Source of the DNA: Candidatus Latescibacterota bacterium
Lineage (GTDB): Bacteria > Latescibacterota > UBA2968 > GCA-2709665
Length of the DNA stretch: 64,000 nt
Direction of reading: 5' to 3'
Assembly: GCA_963667175.2 (NCBI GenBank)
Contig: CAXXXF010000006.1
Coordinates: 288,001 to 352,000 of the forward strand
Shown: piece after piece, positions 1-8,714 of the stretch
Layout of the letters: every line of letters starts with the position of its first letter
How positions within the stretch are numbered: the first letter of the stretch is position 1
Position numbers and translations under genes: made by a program
Notes under the pieces: generated by a model
Told to the model about the DNA's origin: nothing
Databases searched by the model: none
The model's input: only the letters and a program-made list of their open reading frames with translations

Positions 1-1320
1 CTGTTTCGCCCTTCCGGAAACGGCATCCCACACCCGGATCGAGCCATCGTCCGCGGCGCTTACGACGTCGTGGGGCCCGGCGAAGACCACCGCCCGGACG
101 TATCCGAGATGCCCGTGCAGCGCGCGCACGCAGTTTCCGCTATTGCTCTCGACAATGCGGACGCTGCCGTCTTTGCACCCCGCCGCAACCCGGGCGCCGT
201 CGGGGGAAACCGCCAGCGCGTGGACCTCGCCGCCAGGGCACTCGACCGTTCGCGTTGACGTCCATCCCCCCGTCTCCCACCATCGGATGGTCTTGTCCGC
301 AGCGCCGGAAATCGCCAGGGACCCGTCGGGCGTCAGGGCAAGCGCACGCACGCCGGCCATGTGCCGCTCCCACAGCAGGCGAGGCCGCCCCGTGGCCATG
401 GCGGTCTCCGCCAGCAGCCCATCGCTACCGTGGGAAAGCACCCGGTCACCATCGGGTGAAACCCGGATTCGGTTGACGTGGCTCTGGTGGGGGCGCCACC
501 TTTTCACGACCGCGGCCGTCTTCCGGTCCCACAGCCGGATCGACCCGTCCCGGGAACCGGTCAGGATATGCCGGTCGTCCCCGGCGTATGCCACGGAAGG
601 CACCGCGTGCCCCAGATGCCCGGTATAGGTCTCCAGACACTCGTAGTCCCGCAGGCGCCATTCGTTCGACTTGTGGCGGGTGCCCACCAGCAGCCGCTCC
701 CCGTCCGCGGACAGGCACATATCGTAACAGACGTAATCCTCCACGAAGACCTTCAGCCGCGCGCCGGTCGACAGGTCGTAGTGGTAGACGTTGTGGCCTG
801 GCTGATGGGCCACCAGCGCCGTCCGGCCGTCCGGAGCGTACAGGCAGAGGTTGAAGTGCTCGCCGGCATCCGAAATCGCGATGCGCCGCCCGCCCGTCTC
901 CCGGTCCCACTCCTCCAACGTGCACGAACCCTGGTCCAGGGTCAGCACCCGGTTCTCGTCCGGCGAATACCGCACCGAGACGAGCGACGTCCGCCCCGTG
1001 TCGAATCCGCCTACCTCGCGCGGATTTTCGGTCAGGCGCCATTCGCGCAGCACGCCAGCCTCATCGGCGAACAGCGCTCTTGACACGCTTCGGTTCCAGG
1101 CCGCGGCCGTGAGGTGATGGTCCGACACCCGGCGCCGCGCAATGCACTCGCCTTCCGTCAGATCCCAGACGCAAAGGGTCTTCTCCGATAGTACGAGCGC
1201 CTGCCGGCCGTCGGCGGAGTAGACCACGTCGGTGACCGACCCCCGCATCCGGCGGGTTCCCAGCCGCCCGACCGCGCCTTCGGGCAACGGATCGCCCAGA
1301 TGGTCCTTGCGACCGTTCAT
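1..1320 (-). CDS. WD40-repeat protein (3' end outside window)
   Basis: Not in ORF track because it runs off the edge. Hand translation from ATG 1320 (ATGA overlap with upstream stop) gives MNGRKDHLGDPLPEGAVGRLG...LCVWDL. Positions 60..1 read in frame SAADDGSIRVWDAVSG, a WD40 repeat. Confidence 0.85.
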   Translation of the reverse strand, partial: MNGRKDHLGDPLPEGAVGRLGTRRMRGSVTDVVYSADGRQALVLSEKTLCVWDLTEGECIARRRVSDHHLTAAAWNRSVSRALFADEAGVLREWRLTENPREVGGFDTGRTSLVSVRYSPDENRVLTLDQGSCTLEEWDRETGGRRIAISDAGEHFNLCLYAPDGRTALVAHQPGHNVYHYDLSTGARLKVFVEDYVCYDMCLSADGERLLVGTRHKSNEWRLRDYECLETYTGHLGHAVPSVAYAGDDRHILTGSRDGSIRLWDRKTAAVVKRWRPHQSHVNRIRVSPDGDRVLSHGSDGLLAETAMATGRPRLLWERHMAGVRALALTPDGSLAISGAADKTIRWWETGGWTSTRTVECPGGEVHALAVSPDGARVAAGCKDGSVRIVESNSGNCVRALHGHLGYVRAVVFAGPHDVVSAADDGSIRVWDAVSGRAKQ

Positions 1321-2372
1321 GGCTCTACCCTCTGTTTCGCAACCAACCGGCCGTCGGAACCAAGGACGTTCCGGAACGCCCGTGTATTTCCCCCGGCTCG
1401 CACCACGTTTTCGGGCACGGGGCTGAGACAGCGGTTGTGGTGAATGCCGGCATCCTGGCAGGGGGCGCCCCGGATCACCACGCTGCGCACGTGCTGCGCG
1501 ATAAACGTGTTGTGGTGAACGTCCATCCAGTCGCCGGAGATCTCGGTCGCGTCTCCCCGGTCCTGCCCGCCGTGCATGTCGAAGAGGTGACCGTTGGCGT
1601 GTTCCAGGCAGATATTGTAACGCGCTTCGTATCCCGACCCCGGTAATCCGCTGGATGCGACGTGGTGTCTGCACCAGTCGAACAGATTCGCTTCAACCAG
1701 AACCGTGGCGCCGTTGATGCTGACGCCGTACCCCAGGCCGCCCTTCTGATTGTGGTGGATGAAGTTGTGGTGCACGTATCCCCGGGTGGCGCCCTCGTCG
1801 AACCGGGTCGCCGCGACGCTGAATCCGCTGATTTCGCAATTGTCGATCTCCAGCGCAAAATGGGACGTGATGATGCCGTAAGACGAATGCGCGGCCCGTT
1901 CGCGGTGCGGATAGGGTCCCCGGATGCGCAAACCGGTGACTCGGGCGTGGTCCCCCGCCGTCTTGAACAGAAACGGCGTTTCCGGCGCGTTGGTATAGAT
2001 CAGCCCACCCGCGGACCCGCCGGCGCCCCGGTCTCCGGCCAGCGTCACAGCTTCCGGAATCGTCAGACCGGGCCGTCCGCCCATATCGATCTCGGCATCA
2101 CGCGGAACGAACACCACGTCTCCCGCCGCAGCTTTATCCAGCGCCAGCGCCAGTTCTCCGTAGCCGCGCACGGAACGGATGCCGCCTGTGAATCGGTCCG
2201 CGTAGCCCTCGCCCCCGCCAATCGGATTTCCCGTGGGGTTGTGTTCGGCGCCGAACGCCTCCGTATCGCCCTCAAGGTCCGTCTCGCCCCGCCAGCGCGC
2301 CGTTCGCGCCGTGCGGATCCCGCCACCCGATGCCCGTTCGATCGAAATCAAGAGTTCACCTCCGACGTTCAA
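1317..2372 (-). CDS. Right-handed beta-helix (pectin lyase-like fold) protein
   Basis: 351-aa ORF with repeated IDNCEI / VHHNFIHHN / VEANLF / VHHNTF beta-helix rungs; start codon uncertain. Confidence 0.65.
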   Translation of the reverse strand: MNVGGELLISIERASGGGIRTARTARWRGETDLEGDTEAFGAEHNPTGNPIGGGEGYADRFTGGIRSVRGYGELALALDKAAAGDVVFVPRDAEIDMGGRPGLTIPEAVTLAGDRGAGGSAGGLIYTNAPETPFLFKTAGDHARVTGLRIRGPYPHRERAAHSSYGIITSHFALEIDNCEISGFSVAATRFDEGATRGYVHHNFIHHNQKGGLGYGVSINGATVLVEANLFDWCRHHVASSGLPGSGYEARYNICLEHANGHLFDMHGGQDRGDATEISGDWMDVHHNTFIAQHVRSVVIRGAPCQDAGIHHNRCLSPVPENVVRAGGNTRAFRNVLGSDGRLVAKQRVEP

Positions 2373-2386
2373 CGCCCGGCGGTCAA

Positions 2387-3568
2387 TCAGTCCGCCACGC
2401 CGCAGTAATTCATCGCGGTGAGCGCGTATACTCTCGCGGCGGCTTCAATACGCGCTACCGACACCCACTCGTCGTCGGAATGGGCCGTCTCATTCGACGG
2501 CCCGTAGTAGAACGTGGGTACCCCCGTCTCGTTCATATAGATGTTGGCGTCGCCAACCAGCCGTCGTCCCACGTAGCTGACGTCCTCGCCCGCCACTTCC
2601 CGGTGGGCCGCGGCAGCCGCCCGGACGGCCGGATCGTCCCGCCGTGTCTCGAACGGCTCCCGCTGCAGCGCCACGTCGATGGAAAGCCCCATGTTCCCGG
2701 CCCTCGCGAAGGGCTCAGCCATCGATTCCAGTTCGATCAGTACCGAAGATTTGGTCTTGCCCGGCAGCCACCGCCGCGTCCCGGTAAGCACGCACCGGCC
2801 CGGCGTCCGGTTGAAGTAGTCGCCGGCCCGAACGATGCCCAGATCGATCCGCTCCGGTCCGGCCAGCGGATGCGCGTCACCGGCATCCAGTTCTCGCTGC
2901 CTCTCCGTTATTCTCCGGATCAGGTCTCCCACGTGGCGGATGGGGTTTTCAGAAAACGGCACGTAATTCGTATGGGCGCCGCCCCGTCCGGACGTCAGCG
3001 TGATCGTGAACACCATCGACCCCATGCTCATCACCCAGAGTTCATCGCCGCCCTCCACGATGAGAATACGGTCGCATCTCAGCCGTCCGCTGTTCACGTC
3101 CGCCACGAGCGCCAGGGGGCCGTCTTTCTCGGCCTCAGGTTCCTCGTGGCCGACCACACCGGTGACCAGCAGGTCGCCCTTGAGTCGCACCCCCGAATCC
3201 TGAAGTGCCTTTGCGGCGCCCAGCATGGCGGCCACGCCACCCTTCATGTCCGTCGTGCCGCGCCCGAAGATTCGGTCGCCCTCCCGCCGGACCGGGGTGC
3301 AGTCGCCGATGGGAATCGTATCCAGGTGCCCGTTCAGCAGCAACGCGGGCCCGTCGCCGGCGCCCCCGATTCCCGCGTACAGATTTCTCCGTCCCGGCGT
3401 CACCTCGTGCGCGTCCACGTCCAGTCCCAGATCGGCCAGTTGCGCCTCGAAACACGCACAGACGTCGGCTTCCTCGCCCGTGACGCTGGGAATCTCGACA
3501 AGCCTGAGCGCCTGTTCGGCCATCCACTCCACGTCAATCGCATTCAGAACCGCCTCTCGCGCGCTCAT
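2387..3568 (-). CDS. M20 family metallopeptidase/deacylase (ArgE/DapE-like)
   Basis: NGHLDT, GRGTTDMKGG, HEE and AHSDDE metal-binding motifs; ATG 3568 lies 1 nt after the upstream TGA. Confidence 0.9.
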   Translation of the reverse strand: MSAREAVLNAIDVEWMAEQALRLVEIPSVTGEEADVCACFEAQLADLGLDVDAHEVTPGRRNLYAGIGGAGDGPALLLNGHLDTIPIGDCTPVRREGDRIFGRGTTDMKGGVAAMLGAAKALQDSGVRLKGDLLVTGVVGHEEPEAEKDGPLALVADVNSGRLRCDRILIVEGGDELWVMSMGSMVFTITLTSGRGGAHTNYVPFSENPIRHVGDLIRRITERQRELDAGDAHPLAGPERIDLGIVRAGDYFNRTPGRCVLTGTRRWLPGKTKSSVLIELESMAEPFARAGNMGLSIDVALQREPFETRRDDPAVRAAAAAHREVAGEDVSYVGRRLVGDANIYMNETGVPTFYYGPSNETAHSDDEWVSVARIEAAARVYALTAMNYCGVAD

Positions 3569-3569
3569 T

Positions 3570-4301
3570 TCAGACCTCACCGCAGGCACGAACAAACGCG
3601 TCCGACGTGGATGTATAGCCGACGTTGGCTTCGATGAAGCGGATCCCGAAGAGACTCGCCAGTCCGTCAGCCTCGGTTTCCGGGTATTCCAGGGTGCTGC
3701 AACAATCCCGAAGCACGATCACGCGGTAATTGCGGTACATGGCCTCGGTTACCGTCGTCCCGAGGCAGATCCGCGTGTCGAACCCGACAGTCACCAGGTT
3801 GTAGATCCCCAGGCTGCGCAGCAGCGAGTCCAGGTGCGTCTCGAAGAATCCGCTGTACATCTGTTTCTTTACCACGTAATCGCCGGCTTCCGGAGCGATC
3901 ACGTCCGAAAACGCAAGGATATCGTTCGGTTCCGGCCACGCCTCCAGCACGTCCACGCCGCACGTCCGGATGGACATCCGGCGCCACTCCGTCCGTTCGT
4001 TGGTTGAGGGCGCCAGGTAATTCGTTACGTAGACGACGGGCAGCCCGAGGCGCTTTGCGGCGTCTTTGGCGGGACGGATGTGATTCACCACGATCTCACG
4101 GTTTTTTATCACGGCAGCGCGATACAACTCCGGTACGTCTCCCACGTCGTTGTCGGGATCATAACCCTTTCCGTAGACGTCCACCAGAAAGAACGCCGTA
4201 TTGTCCAGACCCAGTTCGAGTTCCTCCTCGGCATGGCCCAGATGGCGGCCGGGCGGATGCTGCCGGTAGTACCTGCCTCTCAGACCGATCTTTTTCGACA
4301 T
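3570..4301 (-). CDS. Isochorismatase-family cysteine hydrolase
   Basis: LVDVY (Asp), KKQMYSGF (Lys), GFDTRIC (Cys) triad. Confidence 0.85.
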   Translation of the reverse strand: MSKKIGLRGRYYRQHPPGRHLGHAEEELELGLDNTAFFLVDVYGKGYDPDNDVGDVPELYRAAVIKNREIVVNHIRPAKDAAKRLGLPVVYVTNYLAPSTNERTEWRRMSIRTCGVDVLEAWPEPNDILAFSDVIAPEAGDYVVKKQMYSGFFETHLDSLLRSLGIYNLVTVGFDTRICLGTTVTEAMYRNYRVIVLRDCCSTLEYPETEADGLASLFGIRFIEANVGYTSTSDAFVRACGEV

Positions 4302-4316
4302 CGACGCCTCCAGCGA

Positions 4317-5300
4317 TCAGTGTGTCTCCACCGTAACCGGCGCCCTGCGTTCCAGCGACCTGTAGGCCGCCTCGGAAAGCCGTGCGACCTGCAGGGCAAA
4401 GTCCGGGGCTTCGTATCCCACTCCGCCGCTCCGGATCCAGCCGAAGAACGCCGCGTCGGGTGTGGTCTCGCGAACCCGATCGGGAATCGTCATGGGTTCG
4501 TCGTTCACCAGCACCGCCTTTACGTCCCACTTGTAGAGGTGGAAGACGATGCACCCTTCGGCGCCATGGATGGCAATGCGCTCGTCGTGTTCCCTGGCGT
4601 TGCCGAACGTGCTGATCGTGCCCACGGCCCCTCCGTCAAACCGCACGTTCAGTACGGCGTTGACGTCCACGTCCAACCTGCCGCGGTCCATAAACGCCGA
4701 GACCTCCACCGGCGCCAGCCCGGTAATCCACAACGTGGACGCAACCAGGTGGCTGCCCGTGTCCATGAACATACCGCCGCCGGAGAGCTCGGGATCCAGG
4801 CGCCAACCCTTCACGCCGCCCCAGTTCTGCGTCACGTAGGAAACCACGCCGCGCAATTCCCCGATTCGTCCATCACGCACCAGCTCCCGGGCGTACACGT
4901 GCGGGGCGAAGTAGTTCCGCTGGTAGCTCACCTGCAGAAACCGCTCTCTCTCCGCCGCCAGGTCGATCAGCGCCCGCGTGTGCGCCGATGACACCGTCAG
5001 CGGCTTTTCCACCAGCACGTGCAGTCCCGCCTCGAGGCCGAGCTTCGCCTGCTCGAAGTGCATCGAATGCGGCGAACTGATGAAAATCGCGTCGAGCGCC
5101 TCCTCCTGAATCATGCGGCGATAGTCCTCGTAACAGGGCACGTCGCGCCCGTATCGATCCATCAGCAGCCGGGCCTGGTCGGATACCGGATCCGCCACGC
5201 AAACCAGCGTTACATCCTGCTCAGCCTGAATCCGCGGCACGTGCGCGCCGCGCATATTGCCGCCGCAACCGACCAGGCCCAGACGAATCGCTTCGGCCAT
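4317..5300 (-). CDS. Gfo/Idh/MocA family oxidoreductase
   Basis: GLVGCG Rossmann motif, VLVEKP, GGGMFMDTGSH; ATG 5300 with GGAGG RBS. Confidence 0.9.
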   Translation of the reverse strand: MAEAIRLGLVGCGGNMRGAHVPRIQAEQDVTLVCVADPVSDQARLLMDRYGRDVPCYEDYRRMIQEEALDAIFISSPHSMHFEQAKLGLEAGLHVLVEKPLTVSSAHTRALIDLAAERERFLQVSYQRNYFAPHVYARELVRDGRIGELRGVVSYVTQNWGGVKGWRLDPELSGGGMFMDTGSHLVASTLWITGLAPVEVSAFMDRGRLDVDVNAVLNVRFDGGAVGTISTFGNAREHDERIAIHGAEGCIVFHLYKWDVKAVLVNDEPMTIPDRVRETTPDAAFFGWIRSGGVGYEAPDFALQVARLSEAAYRSLERRAPVTVETH

Positions 5301-5316
5301 TCCTCCCTCCATCGTG

Positions 5317-6162
5317 TCATTTGTTATCGCCCCCGGACATGCCCAAACACGATCTGACGTATTCAAGATTCCTGAGACTGTTCGCTGCCAGACCGCTAAA
5401 CGCCGGATCGGCCACTTCGAACGCATCCGGACTGATGTCCAGGTGTGTTTCTACCACCACGAAGCCCTTGTACCCGTCGGCGCAAAGGGCATCCAGCTGC
5501 CCCGGCCAGTCCACGATGCCCTCCTCTGCCGGACACCAGGCGCCCGTGTCCGGGTTGAAATTCTTCACGTGTACGTGGGTAACCAGTTCTTTCAGATCCA
5601 CGTATTCGTCAGGATAGGGCGAACCTGTGCCCGCTCGGGCGGAATTGCCGGGGTCCCAGCAAAGCGAGATACGGTCCTCGTCCACCTGTCGTATCAGCGA
5701 GGCCGCCTCGGCGCCGGTTGCCCCCCAGCAGACCGCCTCGTTCTCCAGCGCCAGACGACATCCTTCCCGCTCCGCAACGTCCACCATCTGTCCCAGCCTG
5801 TCCACAACCGCCGCCGGAGGTCGCGGCGCCTCCGTTCGCGCGAAGGCGAAGCAGGACACCCGATCGGTACCCAGTCGTTGCGCCCACTCGCATGCCCTGG
5901 GCAGCGAGTTGTCGAGCTGCTCATCGACGCCGGGGTCGTCCAGCGGTCCCTTGAATAAACCCGGGGATACTCCGGAAACGCCCAGACCGGCATCGCTGAT
6001 CAGCTCATGAAAGCCGGTCAGTTCCCTGTCGCTAACAGCTGGAAACCGTCCACCCGCCAGCTGGCGCACCTCCACGTGCGAAACCCCCCAGTCCGCGGCG
6101 AGGGAGACCGCCCGCTTCGGATCGTACCGATCGATTTCATCCGCGAAAATCGAGATCTTCAC
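5317..6162 (-). CDS. Sugar phosphate isomerase/epimerase (AP endonuclease 2 TIM barrel)
   Basis: ISIFADEI, LALENE, WDPGN, HVHVK, VETH motifs; GTG 6162 overlaps the upstream stop (GTGA). Confidence 0.85.
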   Translation of the reverse strand: MKISIFADEIDRYDPKRAVSLAADWGVSHVEVRQLAGGRFPAVSDRELTGFHELISDAGLGVSGVSPGLFKGPLDDPGVDEQLDNSLPRACEWAQRLGTDRVSCFAFARTEAPRPPAAVVDRLGQMVDVAEREGCRLALENEAVCWGATGAEAASLIRQVDEDRISLCWDPGNSARAGTGSPYPDEYVDLKELVTHVHVKNFNPDTGAWCPAEEGIVDWPGQLDALCADGYKGFVVVETHLDISPDAFEVADPAFSGLAANSLRNLEYVRSCLGMSGGDNK

Positions 6163-6941
6163 GTTTCCCTCCCTGGCAGCCCCGCGATCATCTCCGTGGA
6201 CGTGATCGAGTACTTTCCGAACATCTCCAGAAACAGGATGGCGCCGCGCGTCTGCCACAACCCGTCCTGCGTTTCGAACGACTCCATGCCTGTCCCGCAG
6301 TCCCGAAGGATGATGACCTCGTATCCGCGCTTGCTCATTTCGACCGTGCCGTAGTCCCGCAACAGGATACACGCGTTGGTGTTGAACCCCAGGAAGAACA
6401 GAAACAGGATCCCCTCGCGTTTGCAATACCGGTGCAGCTCCTCCCCGTTGTAGATGACAGCCTCGCCGTCTTCCACGCGCACCAGCGGATGCATCCGCCG
6501 CCTGGAACGCATTTCGACAATTTCCGGCTCTCTCGGCTCCTCGGGTCTGGCAAAGGCGGCATAGTCGCCGGTCCTGGACCTGAACTCTCGGGGCGGCCAC
6601 GTTTCACCCGTACCGGTCGACTCCGAAGGATCGTCGATCAACTTCACCCATGCCGGATGACGTTCGGCCAGTCCCGGCGCGGGCGCGTGGATCAGCCGCA
6701 TTCCGGCGCTGCGGCACGCCTCGAGCAGCGGCACGATACGCGCCGCAATGATCGCGTCCGCCCGATCCGCCGGCTCCTTCAGGTAGTGCTCCTCCCACAC
6801 GTCCACCAGCACCAGCGCGGACTGTGAAAGCGGCACGCGCCAGTCCAAATGTTCGTAGTCCGTGTTCTTTTCCTCCCAGGGCACGCCGGGGTCCACGTGC
6901 CACCGGTAGTACCTGGGTCTGATATGCAGTTCCTTTTCCAT
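6159..6941 (-). CDS. Isochorismatase-family protein
   Basis: LVLVDVW, GFNTNAC and ILRDC motifs; paralogous to 3570-4301; ATG 6941. Confidence 0.75.
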   Translation of the reverse strand: MEKELHIRPRYYRWHVDPGVPWEEKNTDYEHLDWRVPLSQSALVLVDVWEEHYLKEPADRADAIIAARIVPLLEACRSAGMRLIHAPAPGLAERHPAWVKLIDDPSESTGTGETWPPREFRSRTGDYAAFARPEEPREPEIVEMRSRRRMHPLVRVEDGEAVIYNGEELHRYCKREGILFLFFLGFNTNACILLRDYGTVEMSKRGYEVIILRDCGTGMESFETQDGLWQTRGAILFLEMFGKYSITSTEMIAGLPGRET

Positions 6942-7022
6942 AATTGCTCCACGGTGAAAGGACGCCGGAGAACGCAGCATCTCTCGTCTTCCTTACCAGT
7001 CGCCTGAAATTGTCTCCTGAAG

Positions 7023-7841
7023 TTACGAGTCCGCCGTCAGCGTCAGGGTGTCTTTGCCTTCCAGACCGGCAACCACCGGAAACGTCATTCGGTGAGGCCC
7101 CTTCCTGCCCGGCACGTACCGCACCGACGGTGGAAAGTAGGCATACAGCGCGGTGTGGCGCGGAAACGGCGACGGATTCGGGCCGGACCCGTGAACCGTC
7201 ATTGAGTGAAAGAACACGGCATCGCCCGCGGCCAGCGGCACGTCTGTTCTTTCGGACAGATCCACGTCATCCCGATCGGTCAGCGCCTCGTACTGGCGGC
7301 GGGCGATTCGTCCCCAGGACTGCAGCCCCCACCCGTGGCTGCCGGGCAGCACCTGGATGCACCCGTTTTCGGGGTTGGCATCGGTCAGCGCGATGCTGAC
7401 CGTGACGAGCGCCGGGGGGTTCATCGGCCAGTACGCCGAATCCTGGTGCAACCCATGCGACGACCCATGGAACGCCGGCTTCAGCATCAGCGTACTGCGG
7501 AACAGGAGCAGGTCGGGGCCCAAAAGAGATCCGACGAGGCGAATGAGCCGCGGATGCGCGGCCAGATTCCCGAAGACCTTCGAAAAGACCCGCGTCTGCT
7601 CGATTTTGCGCAGAACCGGCAATCCTTCCCGTGCGGCCGTATCCGCATACGGCTCGAGTTGAAAGTGACGCGCCCCGGGATCGCCGCGGTCCTGCAGATC
7701 GACCGCCAGTCGATGCAGGCGCTCGATCTCCCGCTCACACGCGGCCACTTCGTGGGCGGAAAGCAACGCCCGCGCTACGAGATAGCCGTCTTCTTCGAAT
7801 CGGGTCTTCTGTGCCTGCGGATCCATCTTGACCACGCTCAA
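7023..7841 (-). CDS. Phytanoyl-CoA dioxygenase (PhyH) family 2OG-Fe(II) oxygenase
   Basis: FEEDGYL, HQDSAYW, NGCIQVLPGSH, VHGSGPN (HxD...H); alternative start at ATG 7826. Confidence 0.9.
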   Translation of the reverse strand: MSVVKMDPQAQKTRFEEDGYLVARALLSAHEVAACEREIERLHRLAVDLQDRGDPGARHFQLEPYADTAAREGLPVLRKIEQTRVFSKVFGNLAAHPRLIRLVGSLLGPDLLLFRSTLMLKPAFHGSSHGLHQDSAYWPMNPPALVTVSIALTDANPENGCIQVLPGSHGWGLQSWGRIARRQYEALTDRDDVDLSERTDVPLAAGDAVFFHSMTVHGSGPNPSPFPRHTALYAYFPPSVRYVPGRKGPHRMTFPVVAGLEGKDTLTLTADS

Positions 7842-7867
7842 TTGGGGTTGCGGGCTGCGTCAACAGA

Positions 7868-7896
7868 ACCGTACAAAACGAAACCGCCTCTGTCAA
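7868..7896 (-). promoter_or_regulatory. Putative sigma70 promoter for the leftward operon
   Basis: Minus strand TTGACA-17 bp-TACGGT. Confidence 0.45.
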
Positions 7897-8020
7897 ACAC
7901 AAAACCGGGAGACGGTCAGCGAATCCGGATACCTTGTCCATTTTCGGAACCCGGTTTCAGGACCGGGAGTTCCAATCTGACACCTCACGCGTCGTCGCGT
8001 TCTCAATCCCGTGTGTCTTG

Positions 8021-8055
8021 TTGACACTTGTTGTTCAGGTGTGTATATTACACAC
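8021..8055 (+). promoter_or_regulatory. hicAB promoter with overlapping inverted-repeat operator
   Basis: TTGACA(8021-8026)-17 bp-TATATT(8044-8049); palindrome GTGTGTA-TAT-TACACAC at 8039-8055 covers the -10. Confidence 0.75.
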
Positions 8056-8056
8056 T

Positions 8057-8251
8057 ATGACGAGTGCCGATATCATTCGGAAGTTGAAGCAGGACGGGTG
8101 GGTACTCAGGAATACGAAGGGAAGCCACCATCAGTTCACACATTCCGAGAAGCATGGCCGGGTAACCGTCAAGCATCCAAGCAAAGACATTCCCATCGGA
8201 ACATTGCGTAACATCTACAGACAAGCCAGGTGGCAATGGGAGGACCGCTGA
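8057..8251 (+). CDS. hicA: HicA family toxin (mRNA interferase)
   Basis: MTSADIIRKLKQDGW...KGSHHQF...VTVKHP.KDIPIGTLRNI, 64 aa, GSH motif. Confidence 0.93.
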   Translation: MTSADIIRKLKQDGWVLRNTKGSHHQFTHSEKHGRVTVKHPSKDIPIGTLRNIYRQARWQWEDR

Positions 8252-8673
8252 TGCAATTTCCAGTTGCAATTCACAAGGATTCCGGCGCCGGATATGGCGT
8301 TACGGTGCCGGACCTGCCGGGCTGCTTCTCGGCGGGAGATACCCTCGAAGAAGCGATATATTCTGCAAAAGAGGCCATCGCCTGTCACGTCGAGGGTCTG
8401 TTGTTGGACGGGGCGCCCATACCGGAGCGAGCACCCATCGAGACCCATCGGGCTCGGGAGGGCAATGACGCGACGTGGGCACTCGTGGCCGTCGACGTAT
8501 CCAGGCTATCGGGCGCAACCCGGAGAGTCAACATTACCATGCCCGCGCGCGTGCTGGCGATTGTCGACGAGGCCGCGGCACGGGAGGGGGAATCTCGATC
8601 CGGCCTGATCGCTCGCGCCGCCCTCAGCTATATTCAGCAACGACCGGTTGGCGTCGAACAACCCGAATCCTGA
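8251..8673 (+). CDS. hicB: HicB family antitoxin with C-terminal RHH domain
   Basis: YGVTVPDLPGCFSAGDTLEEA; RVNITMP...SRSGLIARAA; TGATG coupling to hicA. Confidence 0.93.
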   Translation: MQFPVAIHKDSGAGYGVTVPDLPGCFSAGDTLEEAIYSAKEAIACHVEGLLLDGAPIPERAPIETHRAREGNDATWALVAVDVSRLSGATRRVNITMPARVLAIVDEAAAREGESRSGLIARAALSYIQQRPVGVEQPES

Positions 8674-8714
8674 GTTTCGACCAAGAAAGGGCTCCAATCC
8701 TTTCGCATGCGGCC

